Below, one piece after another: positions 1 to 8,202 of a stretch of DNA of 54,469 bases. The DNA is from a bacterium (GTDB taxonomy: Bacteria; Patescibacteriota; Minisyncoccia; Phycocordibacterales; SBAW01). The notes under the pieces are model-generated. The model saw nothing but the letters and a program-made list of their open reading frames with translations. It was not told the DNA's origin and ran no database searches. Location: NCBI GenBank assembly GCA_005239955.1, contig SBAW01000040.1:1-54469 (forward strand), written 5' to 3'. The stretch's first letter is position 1. The number at the start of each line of letters is the position of its first letter. Position numbers and translations under genes: made by a program.

Positions 1-149
1 CAAAAAGGCATCGACCTGCCCCTGCTATAGTGAAGAAACGCGAAACTTTTAGAGCTACTTCCGGAGGACGACCGGAGGTGTTTTTGAAGCCCCGCGGAAA
101 ACGCTTCTCATTATTAAAGCCCAATAGTTTGTTAAGCCACGTGCGCGCT

Positions 150-3140
150 ATGGCGATAACCCAGAAGATCAAGAAAAGAAATGGTCAGATAGTTGATTTT
201 AATCCAGAGAAAATAACCATAGCGGTTAAGAAGGCCTTTTTGGCGGTGCTGAAAGACGAGCACGCCTCAGACGCCAACGAAATTACGCGGCTTGTTGTTG
301 AGGAGCTTTCAAATAGGTACGAGGGGAGTGCGAACGTTCCGGGGGTTGAAGAGATCCAGGATTTGGTTGAAAACGGGCTCATGGCGCGGGGCTATTGGCA
401 TGTGGCCAAGGCCTACATCATTTATCGCTACGAGCACAGCAAGAAGCGCGAGGAAGAAAAACAGGAACTCATTCGAAAGATTGAGGAGAAGCAACTCTCG
501 GTCGTCAAGCGTGATGGACGAAAAGAAGTATTTTCACTCGAGAAAGTAAAAAAGACCCTCGCCTTCGTCTCGGCTGACCAACCGTATGCCGACGTCAACG
601 GAATTGCCTCGCAGTGCCAACTTGAAGTTTACGACGGCATCTCCACCAAAGAAATCGAAAAAGTCATGGTCATGGTCACGCGCTCAATGATTGAGCGCGA
701 CCCCGCCTACTCAACCGTTGCCGCACGCCTCCTCCTCAATTCCCTCCACAAAGAAGCTATTGGCGCCGCAACGTTTGACTACAAATCGTTTGACCGCGAC
801 TATCGCGCGGCCTTTATAAGGAACATCAAACGTGCGGTTGAAATAAAAAAACTGGACCCGCGCATGCTCGAGTACGACCTCGAAGCCGTTGCCAGGGCCC
901 TGCGACCCGAGCGCGACGATCTCTTGAAGTATTTGGGCCTTCAGACCTTAAACGACCGCTACTTTATTACCGATCCCGAGCGCTCCATGGTACTTGAAAC
1001 GCCCCAGTACCTCTTTATGCGCGTTGCCATGGGACTCTCGCTCAATGAGCAAGAGCGCGCGACTCGTGCGATGGAATTTTACGAAGTGGTTTCGAAGCTC
1101 GAGTTTGTGCCCTCCACCCCAACGCTCTTCCACGCCGGGACCGCGCATCCGCAACTCTCCTCCTGTTACCTCAATACGGTGATGGACGACCTCAACCATA
1201 TCTTTAAGGTTTACTCCGACAACGCGCAGCTTAGCAAGTGGGCGGGCGGCATTGGAACCGACTGGACGAACCTGCGCGCCACCGGCGCCCTCATCAAGAC
1301 CGCCGGCATTCACTCCCAGGGTGTTATTCCCTTCCTCAAAATCGCCAACGACGTCACGGTTGCCATTAACCGCTCGGGGCGCCGGCGCGGCGCAACGTGC
1401 GTCTACATGGAAGTCTGGCACTACGATTTTGAGGACTTCCTGGAGCTTCGCAAAAACACTGGCGATGAGCGCCGCCGTACCCACGACATGAATACCGCTT
1501 CTTGGGTCCCCGACCTCTTTATGAAGCGCGTGCGGGACGACGGCGATTGGACCTTCTTCTCACCGGATGAGACGCCCGAGCTTCACCACACCTATGGGAA
1601 AAAGTTCGACGAGTTCTACACCAATTACGAGCGACTGGCTGATCAAGGGAAAATCGTGCTCTATCGCCGCATGAAGGCGCGCGATCTCTGGAAGAAAATG
1701 CTCACCATGCTCTTTGAGACCGGCCACCCCTGGATCACGTGGAAGGATCCGAGTAACATCCGTAGCCCACAAGATCATGCCGGCGTTGTCCATAACAGCA
1801 ACCTCTGCACCGAAATTACGCTCAACACTTCGGCTGACGAGACGGCGGTCTGCAACCTTGGTTCCGTTAACTTCGCGCGGCACATGAAAGACGGCGCGTT
1901 TGATGGCGAGAAGGTGGGCCGGACGGTTACGACCGCGATGCGCATGCTCGACAATGTCATCGACCTCAACTTCTACCCCACCGTGGAAGCGAAGAACTCC
2001 AACATGCGCCATAGGCCCGTTGGCCTTGGCATCATGGGCTTCCAGGACGCGCTCTATCAACTTGGCATTGCCTTCGAGTCTGAGCAGGCGGTTGATTTTG
2101 CGGACCGCTCCATGGAAATTGTCTCTTACTATTCGATCCTCGCGTCAAGCAATCTCGCCAAGGAGCGCGGCCGCTACGAGAGCTACAAGGGCAGCAAGTG
2201 GGATCGCGGCCTTCTTCCGGTTGATACGCTTGCGCTTCTAGAGCAGGAGCGCGGAGAAAAAGTGCCGGTCGACCACACCAAGCGCCTCGATTGGAGCACG
2301 GTTCGCGCGTCAATTAAAGAGCACGGCATGCGAAACAGTAACTGCATGGCCATTGCGCCGACCGCCACCATCTCCAATATCTCTGGGTGCGTACCTTCGA
2401 TTGAACCCATTTATAAGAACATTTACGTCAAATCAAACATCTCGGGCGACTTTACGGTCGTCAATCCCTACCTTGTTGAGGAACTGAAAAAGCTTAACCT
2501 CTGGGATGACGAAATGCTCGGAAAAATTAAGTACAACGACGGATCGGTATCGGAAATCCTTGAGATCCCTGAAAAAACCCGCATCAAGTACAAAGAGACC
2601 TTCGAAATTGATATGACGTGGGTCATCCGCACGGCAGCAGTTCGCGGCAAGTGGATCGACCAAAGCCAGTCCCTCAATATCTTCTTCCGCGGTAAATCCG
2701 GTAAGGAACTCACTGACCTCTATCTTCTGGGCTGGAGCATGGGCCTTAAGACTACCTATTACCTTCGCACCATGGCTGCCTCACAGGTCGAGAAATCAAC
2801 GGTCAATGCGTCCGAATACGGCTCAACCCACACGCGCGGAAAAAGTGACGGCTCCTCCCCATCCGCCGTTGGAGTACCGGCAACTACTCCCGCTGCCCCA
2901 CCCGCTCCCGTTATTGCTGCCATCCAACCTTCCCCTATTACCGTTGAGTCTCTCACCAAGCAGCCGGTTATGATCACTCCTGCTGCCGCACCGGCTCTAC
3001 CGGTAGTCCAACGCGAGGCGCCAACTCCTCCCCCCGTTATGGCCATGGCAGCTGTGTCGGAAGCTGCCGCCCTTGTCCTTCCAAAGAAACAACCAAAAAT
3101 CGAAGTCGTCGAAGACGCCATCTGCGAAGCCTGTGAATAG
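150..3140 (+). CDS. nrdA: Ribonucleoside-diphosphate reductase alpha subunit (class I) with two ATP-cone repeats and a Pro/Ala-rich C-terminal tail ending in CEAC
   Basis: The ORF track entry 30..3140 opens on GTG. The first ATG at 150 gives MAITQKIKKRNGQIVDF. There are two ATP-cone-like repeats (KRNGQIVDFNPEKI; KRDGRKEVFSLEKV) and the RNR motifs PSTPTLFHAG and NSNLCTEI. nrdB follows 58 nt downstream. The start choice is uncertain. Confidence 0.9.
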   Translation: MAITQKIKKRNGQIVDFNPEKITIAVKKAFLAVLKDEHASDANEITRLVVEELSNRYEGSANVPGVEEIQDLVENGLMARGYWHVAKAYIIYRYEHSKKREEEKQELIRKIEEKQLSVVKRDGRKEVFSLEKVKKTLAFVSADQPYADVNGIASQCQLEVYDGISTKEIEKVMVMVTRSMIERDPAYSTVAARLLLNSLHKEAIGAATFDYKSFDRDYRAAFIRNIKRAVEIKKLDPRMLEYDLEAVARALRPERDDLLKYLGLQTLNDRYFITDPERSMVLETPQYLFMRVAMGLSLNEQERATRAMEFYEVVSKLEFVPSTPTLFHAGTAHPQLSSCYLNTVMDDLNHIFKVYSDNAQLSKWAGGIGTDWTNLRATGALIKTAGIHSQGVIPFLKIANDVTVAINRSGRRRGATCVYMEVWHYDFEDFLELRKNTGDERRRTHDMNTASWVPDLFMKRVRDDGDWTFFSPDETPELHHTYGKKFDEFYTNYERLADQGKIVLYRRMKARDLWKKMLTMLFETGHPWITWKDPSNIRSPQDHAGVVHNSNLCTEITLNTSADETAVCNLGSVNFARHMKDGAFDGEKVGRTVTTAMRMLDNVIDLNFYPTVEAKNSNMRHRPVGLGIMGFQDALYQLGIAFESEQAVDFADRSMEIVSYYSILASSNLAKERGRYESYKGSKWDRGLLPVDTLALLEQERGEKVPVDHTKRLDWSTVRASIKEHGMRNSNCMAIAPTATISNISGCVPSIEPIYKNIYVKSNISGDFTVVNPYLVEELKKLNLWDDEMLGKIKYNDGSVSEILEIPEKTRIKYKETFEIDMTWVIRTAAVRGKWIDQSQSLNIFFRGKSGKELTDLYLLGWSMGLKTTYYLRTMAASQVEKSTVNASEYGSTHTRGKSDGSSPSAVGVPATTPAAPPAPVIAAIQPSPITVESLTKQPVMITPAAAPALPVVQREAPTPPPVMAMAAVSEAAALVLPKKQPKIEVVEDAICEACE

Positions 3141-3161
3141 CTCACGCCTAATGTCTCTCGC

Positions 3162-3196
3162 CTAACGACTAACGACTACTAACTAACGACTCTATA
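3162..3196 (+). repeat. Five tandem heptamers CTAACGA CTAACGA CTACTAA CTAACGA CTCTATA ending 2 nt before the nrdB ATG
   Basis: Read directly from the nrdA-nrdB spacer. It shares the 12-mer GACTACTAACTA with the array upstream of trmD. Confidence 0.8.
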
Positions 3197-3198
3197 TC

Positions 3199-4233
3199 AT
3201 GCCCATCACCAAAAACGCTCCACGAGTCGACGTCAACAAGCGCCGCATCATTAATGGCGCCGACACCGACGTCGTCCAGCTTTACCCCATGAAGCACAAG
3301 TTCGCATGGCACTACTACAACACCTCAAACGCCAACCATTGGCTCCCGACCGAAATCTCCATGCAGCTTGATATTGAAGAGTGGAAATCCCCGACCGCCC
3401 TTAACGCCGAAGAACGCCAGGCCTTTGAGACGGTCCTCGGCTTCTTTACCACCGCCGACTCTATTGCCGCCAACAACATCGTCATGGCCTTCTATCGGCA
3501 CGTGACGAGCCCTGAAGTGCGCATGTACCTCCTTCGCCAGGCCTACGAAGAAGCGATCCACACCCACGCCTACCAATACATCGTGGAGAGTCTCGGCATG
3601 GATCAGGGCAAAATCTTCAACATGTACCGCGAGGCTGATTCGATCTACAACAAAGCGGAGTTTATCCTCTCCTTCAACGAGGGCATCTTCAATCCGTCGT
3701 TTAAGACCGGCACCTTCGAAAGCGACCAGAAGTTCCTCGAAAACTGGTGTGTGTTCTCGCTCATCCTTGAAGGCATTTTCTTCTATAGCTCGTTTGCGGT
3801 GATGTTCGGTTTCCAGCGCCAGCACAAGTTAACGGGAAGCGCCGAGCAGATTCAATACATCATGAGGGACGAAAGCATGCACCTTAACTTTGGCGTTGAG
3901 ATCATTAATGAAATTAAAAAAGAGCAGCCGGAGCTCTGGACCAGCGACTTCCAGCAACACATCATCGATCTCGTCAAAAAGGCGGCGAAACTCGAGTACA
4001 CCTACGCGCAGGAAGTCTTTCCCAAAGGCATCTTCGGCATGAACGCCGACGGCTTCAAACAGTACATCGAGCATATTGCCGATAGGCGCCTGGCGCGCGT
4101 TGGCCTTCCTGCCCAGTTTGGGGTGCAAAATCCCTTCCCGTGGATGAGTGAGGCGATTGATCTGAGTAAAGAGAAGAACTTTTTTGAGACACGCGTGACC
4201 GAATACCAGGTCGGCGGCCAACTCTCCTGGTAG
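3199..4233 (+). CDS. nrdB: Ribonucleoside-diphosphate reductase beta subunit (diiron-tyrosyl radical R2)
   Basis: 344-aa ORF with the metal/radical motifs EEAIHTHAYQY (E-x2-H-x3-Y) and RDESMHLNFG. It sits directly downstream of nrdA. Confidence 0.93.
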   Translation: MPITKNAPRVDVNKRRIINGADTDVVQLYPMKHKFAWHYYNTSNANHWLPTEISMQLDIEEWKSPTALNAEERQAFETVLGFFTTADSIAANNIVMAFYRHVTSPEVRMYLLRQAYEEAIHTHAYQYIVESLGMDQGKIFNMYREADSIYNKAEFILSFNEGIFNPSFKTGTFESDQKFLENWCVFSLILEGIFFYSSFAVMFGFQRQHKLTGSAEQIQYIMRDESMHLNFGVEIINEIKKEQPELWTSDFQQHIIDLVKKAAKLEYTYAQEVFPKGIFGMNADGFKQYIEHIADRRLARVGLPAQFGVQNPFPWMSEAIDLSKEKNFFETRVTEYQVGGQLSW

Positions 4234-4375
4234 CAAACTTCCTAAAAACTCCACCTGCTTTGTTGCGGGGCCCCTTCGCCTCATCACCGTACTCCCTCCT
4301 GTACGGCTCCCTCGTCGATTTCCCCACGCCTCGCATCTGGAAACTTTTAGAGGAAGTCTGTGAATCAATGCATTA

Positions 4376-4420
4376 TGTTCATGGGACCTTTCGCGCGAAA
4401 GGTGGAATGAACATTTATTG
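4376..4420 (+). terminator. Hairpin (TGTTCAT...ACCTTTCGCGCGAAAGGT...ATGAACA) followed by TTTATT; possible nrdAB terminator
   Basis: The 7-bp outer stem 4376-4382/4407-4413 encloses the 18-nt palindrome 4386-4403, and a T-rich tract follows. It lies 140 nt after the nrdB stop. Confidence 0.45.
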
Positions 4421-4446
4421 CAAATCCCTTTCTCTTACCCCATAGT
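4418..4446 (+). promoter_or_regulatory. Sigma70-like promoter TTGCAA-N17-CATAGT for the 4478 gene
   Basis: -35 at 4418-4423, 17-nt spacer, -10 at 4441-4446. A leader of about 30 nt carries AGGAGG 6 nt before the ATG. Confidence 0.55.
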
Positions 4447-4477
4447 TTGAAGTCCGCAGTACATTTAGGAGGCTCAC

Positions 4478-4786
4478 ATGAGTGAAATCCTTACCGTTCT
4501 TAAAAGGAACGGCCCGCGAGGTTTCACTCCGTGGGGGTGGTATCTCGTATTCAAAGCGCTACTGGAGAAGGGGCCGGAGGTGCTCGCCGAAGCCGAGAAG
4601 GAGTTCGCGCACTATGGCGAGCGCATCAAGCGCAAGATGCGCGAAGGGTACGCCACGCTCGCGGCAGAGCTTGCCGGCAACCCGCGACACGCGGAGCGAT
4701 CACGGAGGCTCTTTGAGTTCGGGAAAATCGTTGGCCTCATCACCGAGCCCGAAGAAACGGAAAAGCAAAAGCGGCGCAATCGTTAG
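4478..4786 (+). CDS. Hypothetical protein, 102 aa
   Basis: ATG preceded by AGGAGGCTCAC, with its own promoter-like signal. I recognised no family. Confidence 0.6.
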   Translation: MSEILTVLKRNGPRGFTPWGWYLVFKALLEKGPEVLAEAEKEFAHYGERIKRKMREGYATLAAELAGNPRHAERSRRLFEFGKIVGLITEPEETEKQKRRNR

Positions 4787-4842
4787 ACTCGATGGATGAG
4801 TCTTACGAAAGCGCCGCTTCTTCGTGGCCGGCGTCTGCCGAT

Positions 4843-5088
4843 CTACTTCTTCTTGCGCCCGGCAAGCTGCGGGCGGGTCTTGTCGATCCACGACCGCCAG
4901 GCCTGGTCGGGCTCGTGGTAGCCGCGCGCGAGGCTGAACTGAAGCCCGCCCGAGTGGCGGCTAAAGTCATCGGATGGCGGTCTCGCCTGCGCGCTGCACG
5001 GCTGCGGATGAGTATAGCCGACGGCAGCCGGCAGCTGGTCGGCTCGTGCCGGACGGGTGTCCGACGCCGGTAGGCGAAGTGTGGTCAT
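4843..5088 (-). CDS. Hypothetical protein, 81 aa, basic C-terminus
   Basis: On the minus strand GGAGGGAATAGCC precedes the ATG at 5088. The segment is GC-rich. I recognised no family. Confidence 0.5.
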   Translation of the reverse strand: MTTLRLPASDTRPARADQLPAAVGYTHPQPCSAQARPPSDDFSRHSGGLQFSLARGYHEPDQAWRSWIDKTRPQLAGRKKK

Positions 5089-5153
5089 GGGCTATTCCCT
5101 CCAAGTTATGACAAAAGGACGTCCATTGGCGTGGTGGATACCGCGCCGGAAAA

Positions 5154-5182
5154 ATTAAATCGTGAATAGTGTATGAAGTCAA
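5154..5182 (-). promoter_or_regulatory. Sigma70-like promoter TTGACT-N17-TTTAAT (minus strand) for the 4843..5088 gene
   Basis: -35 is the complement of 5177-5182 and -10 the complement of 5154-5159, separated by a 17-nt spacer. The leader to the SD/ATG is about 60 nt. Confidence 0.5.
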
Positions 5183-5276
5183 ATGCGCTTTTCCACCCCC
5201 TTCATAATTCACAAAACAACTTTTAAAGACGGTAGGGCAAAATGAAAAAATTAGAACATGATTTTAAAAAAATCTC

Positions 5277-5314
5277 CCGTAAACCTGATATGATATATCA
5301 TATCAGGTTTACGG
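5277..5314. repeat. 38-bp perfect palindrome CCGTAAACCTGATATGATA|TATCATATCAGGTTTACGG (family 2, copy 1)
   Basis: Base-by-base check gives 19 of 19 complementary pairs around the centre at 5295/5296. A near-identical copy lies at 53677..53710. Confidence 0.95.
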
Positions 5315-5433
5315 TATAAGAAGTGGTGTGAGGCCAAATAGAATGGGGTAAAAGGGTGGAATGAAGTGGGTAAAATGTGATTCTCCTACCCATTGCCTGT
5401 ATCAACGTTTGAAAAGGGGTCCTCACAAGTATG

Positions 5434-5465
5434 AAAAAGCGAACGGCGTCCTTGTGGGACGCCGT
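5434..5465 (-). terminator. Intrinsic terminator of the 5518..5880 gene
   Basis: 9-bp GC-rich stem ACGGCGTCC/GGACGCCGT (5443-5451/5457-5465). On the minus strand it is followed by TCGCTTTTT. Confidence 0.7.
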
Positions 5466-5517
5466 GTTGGTTATATTCCCCCTTTCTGCCCAGGGAAGCT
5501 TAGGGCTTTTTGCCACC

Positions 5518-5880
5518 CTAGGCCCGTTTGCGTGCGCCAGGGCCCGGGAGGACGTTGGCCGCCGGTGCCGGCTTCTTAGCCGAGCCAGCGAAGCGCCGGC
5601 CGATCCGCCGCAAGAGATAGCGGCAGTAGGCCAGGATGGCGATAATGATCGCCCCCACCTCGATGAACAGGAGCACGCGCTCCATGTTCATCGCGCGCAG
5701 TGCCGTTAAGAGCCGGCCGGACTTGTCGATCCAGCCGGAAACCTTCTTGACCAGATCGCCGTTCATATCGAGAACGGCATTGACCAAGTTAGCATTTTGG
5801 GTCCACACGGCGACGATGACCGCCACCGTGAGGGCGAGCAGGATCAACCTGCCCGTGCACCATAAGCATATTTTGAGCAT
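5518..5880 (-). CDS. Hypothetical membrane protein, 120 aa (two hydrophobic segments)
   Basis: AGGAGGGGCCAAACC precedes the ATG at 5880. Hydrophobic stretches are LILLALTVAVIVAV and LLFIEVGAIIIAILAY. A canonical terminator lies downstream. Confidence 0.65.
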   Translation of the reverse strand: MLKICLWCTGRLILLALTVAVIVAVWTQNANLVNAVLDMNGDLVKKVSGWIDKSGRLLTALRAMNMERVLLFIEVGAIIIAILAYCRYLLRRIGRRFAGSAKKPAPAANVLPGPGARKRA

Positions 5881-5983
5881 GGTTTGGCCCCTCCTAAGGC
5901 CGAAGAGATGAAACGAGCTTTGAGAGTATTATACTAAACAATTATGAAAATGTCAAGAAAAACAAGGCCTCTGCTGAGGCATT

Positions 5984-6787
5984 TTAGGACGCCCTCGCGC
6001 TTCGCTCCGGAGAGGCAAAATCACCGACCTTGGTGCGCACAATACGAAGCGCGACAGACGGCACACCAAGCTCCTCTCCTACCCCGTCGGCAATGGAGCG
6101 GGCGGAAGTTTCGGGAGAACAAAGTACACGTATGGTCGCACACGAAAACTTTCGAGCGCCTGATTCTGAAAAATAGCGCTTATAGAGGTAGCGCACATCC
6201 TCCTGGCGAAAGTCGCCAATAACTCCCTCGACTCCTTCGAGCGCCCATGCGAGTACCGCGGCCTCAGGCGCTTTGTAAATCTTTTGAAGCGCTATCTCGT
6301 AGACAAGCGCCTCATGTTCCGGAAGGCCAGAGGGCCGAAAGATTTTTGACCACTCCACAATGCTTTTCCCCAGCATGGTGCGGGAGGCAACCTGCGGTTC
6401 TTGCTGTTTGATACGTCCACGAAACTCATTGAGTGTCCTCCCTATTTCACGTGCGCTTATAGAGACCGCCGGCTCAAAGGCGACGATCTTCCCTAAGAGA
6501 TCGAAGGTATCGGTCGAAAAACCAAAAAGTACATCGATGAGGTATTCGTCCGCGAGCGCCGCATAGTTGCTGCGGTGGTTGTTCTCTTCCCCCAGAAGGA
6601 CCAGCATAACGCCCTCCGTCAAAGGTTCCATGCGCCCCACATGCGTCATTGATACGCCGCCCGCGCGCGGATGTTTTTCGCGATACCGCGCAATACATTC
6701 AAGCGGGGTTTCCCCTCTCCGTTTCTGTAGTACTAAGACTTTGCTGTCTTCCATTGTCAGCATAGAATGTAGCAATACCGGACTCAT
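5984..6787 (-). CDS. truB: TruB-family pseudouridine synthase-like protein with active-site substitutions
   Basis: THVGRMEPLTEGVMLVLLGEENN aligns from memory to the TruB motif GHxGxLDPxAxGxLxxxxGxxT, and CSPETSARSIADGVGEELG to CSKGTYIRxxxxDLGxxLG. The ORF track runs to 6802. I prefer the ATG at 6787 (MSPVLL) because it shares its start context with hisS. Confidence 0.72.
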   Translation of the reverse strand: MSPVLLHSMLTMEDSKVLVLQKRRGETPLECIARYREKHPRAGGVSMTHVGRMEPLTEGVMLVLLGEENNHRSNYAALADEYLIDVLFGFSTDTFDLLGKIVAFEPAVSISAREIGRTLNEFRGRIKQQEPQVASRTMLGKSIVEWSKIFRPSGLPEHEALVYEIALQKIYKAPEAAVLAWALEGVEGVIGDFRQEDVRYLYKRYFSESGARKFSCATIRVLCSPETSARSIADGVGEELGVPSVALRIVRTKVGDFASPERSARAS

Positions 6788-6957
6788 TTCGAAAATGACC
6801 ACATGAATAAAGAAACCAAGAGCATTTGTCGGATAAAATCACAAAAGTCCTGCTACGGCTCTGTTTCGGTGCTTTTGCCGTACTTCCGGTACGCCGCAAG
6901 CACCTCATTGAGCCTCGCTACGGGCTTTTGCGATTTTCTCACGCCATCATTTTTGAA

Positions 6958-8199
6958 ATGAGTCCTCAGTCTAAAAAAGCGACGCTCTCGACCGAACCGT
7001 ATAAGGGCGTTCGAGACTTTTACCCCGAAGATCAGGCCCTCCTCAAACATTTTATGGAGGTGTCTCGGAAGGCCTCAGAGTCCTTTGGCTATGAGGAATA
7101 TGGCGCCTCGGTTCTTGAGCCGGCTAAACTCTACAAAGCAAAAGGTGCGGAGAACGAGGAGCTCGTCGGTGAGCAGACCTACACCTTTCTGGATCGCGGC
7201 GAACGAGAAGTGACACTTCGCCCCGAAATGACGCCAACGGTTGCACGAATGGTTGCGGGCAAAAAACGCGAGCTTGTCTTTCCCCTTCGCTGGTACTCCA
7301 TTCCCAATGTCTTTCGTTACGAACGCCCGCAGCGCGGACGCTTGCGCGAGCACTTTCAATACAACGCCGATATTTTTGGTGTTGAAACGGTAGACGCGGA
7401 AGTGGAACTTATTGCGCTTGCGTATGAGATTATGCGTGGCTTTGGTGCGACCGACGACATGTTTGTTATTAGGCTCAACTCCCGGAAAAGCCTCAACGCG
7501 CTCCTTGCCGAGTACCATCTTTCTCCCGAAAAAACAAAAGAACTTATGACCCTCATCGATCGTAAAACAAAGATCAAGAATTTCGATGAGGAGGCTCTCA
7601 AAATAGTCGGGAAACCGTTTGTACTCAGTGCTCACTCGGACGAAGAGGTTGAGGCTGTTCGTGCACGCCTAGGGAAACTGGGGATCACCAACACCGTCTA
7701 TGATCCGTCGCTTGCGCGGGGTTTTGACTACTACACCGGCATTGTCTTTGAACTCTTTGACACCGACCCGGAAAACCCACGCTCACTTGCCGGCGGCGGT
7801 CGCTACGATAACCTCACTTCCCTTTTTAGTAATGAGCGGGTACCGGGAGTTGGTTTTGCGATGGGTGACGTCACGATTGGCGATTTCCTGGGAACACACG
7901 GACTCTTGCCAAAGACAGCAGCGCCCGCACAACTTATGCTTTGTACCATCTCACCCGAGGCTATTTCTTTTGCAGAAGCCCTGGCACAGGAACTGCGGCA
8001 CGGTGGCCTCCGGGTGTTGGTCAACGTCACTGCCAAGAAGGTTGGCGATCAAATAAAGTTTGCCGATAAACGCGGTATTCCTTCGATTGTGGCGATTGGC
8101 GAGGAGGAGATGAAAACCAATATGTTTACCCTCAAAGACCTCAAATCAGGCCAAGAAAGCAAGGTTTCAAGGGCTCTAATAGCTAAACACTTCACGTAG
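6958..8199 (+). CDS. hisS: Histidine--tRNA ligase
   Basis: Motifs LRPEMTPTVARM, FRYERPQRGRLREHFQ and GGGRYDNL. The ORF track starts at a TTG at 6826. The ATG at 6958 (MSPQSKK) gives a normal length of 413 aa. Confidence 0.92.
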   Translation: MSPQSKKATLSTEPYKGVRDFYPEDQALLKHFMEVSRKASESFGYEEYGASVLEPAKLYKAKGAENEELVGEQTYTFLDRGEREVTLRPEMTPTVARMVAGKKRELVFPLRWYSIPNVFRYERPQRGRLREHFQYNADIFGVETVDAEVELIALAYEIMRGFGATDDMFVIRLNSRKSLNALLAEYHLSPEKTKELMTLIDRKTKIKNFDEEALKIVGKPFVLSAHSDEEVEAVRARLGKLGITNTVYDPSLARGFDYYTGIVFELFDTDPENPRSLAGGGRYDNLTSLFSNERVPGVGFAMGDVTIGDFLGTHGLLPKTAAPAQLMLCTISPEAISFAEALAQELRHGGLRVLVNVTAKKVGDQIKFADKRGIPSIVAIGEEEMKTNMFTLKDLKSGQESKVSRALIAKHFT

Positions 8200-8202
8200 C
8201 TC

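Noticed and set aside
30-149. N-terminal extensions given by the ORF track through alternative start codons (nrdA 30, hisS 6826, dnaG 14793, rpsP 24075, rnr 24362, rpmF 31861, 43356..44375 and others)
   Set aside because: The extensions have no homology to the respective families. The downstream ATGs restore canonical N-termini and coincide with promoter or SD signals.
5277-5314. The family 2 palindrome as a dif/Xer site or a plain intrinsic terminator
   Set aside because: dif sites are imperfect and single-copy, whereas this element is a perfect dyad present at least twice. As a terminator it is redundant at copy 1, where a canonical GC-rich terminator lies 130 nt upstream. Its stem is very AT-rich. 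A terminator role is not fully excluded for copy 2, which is followed by TTTTT.
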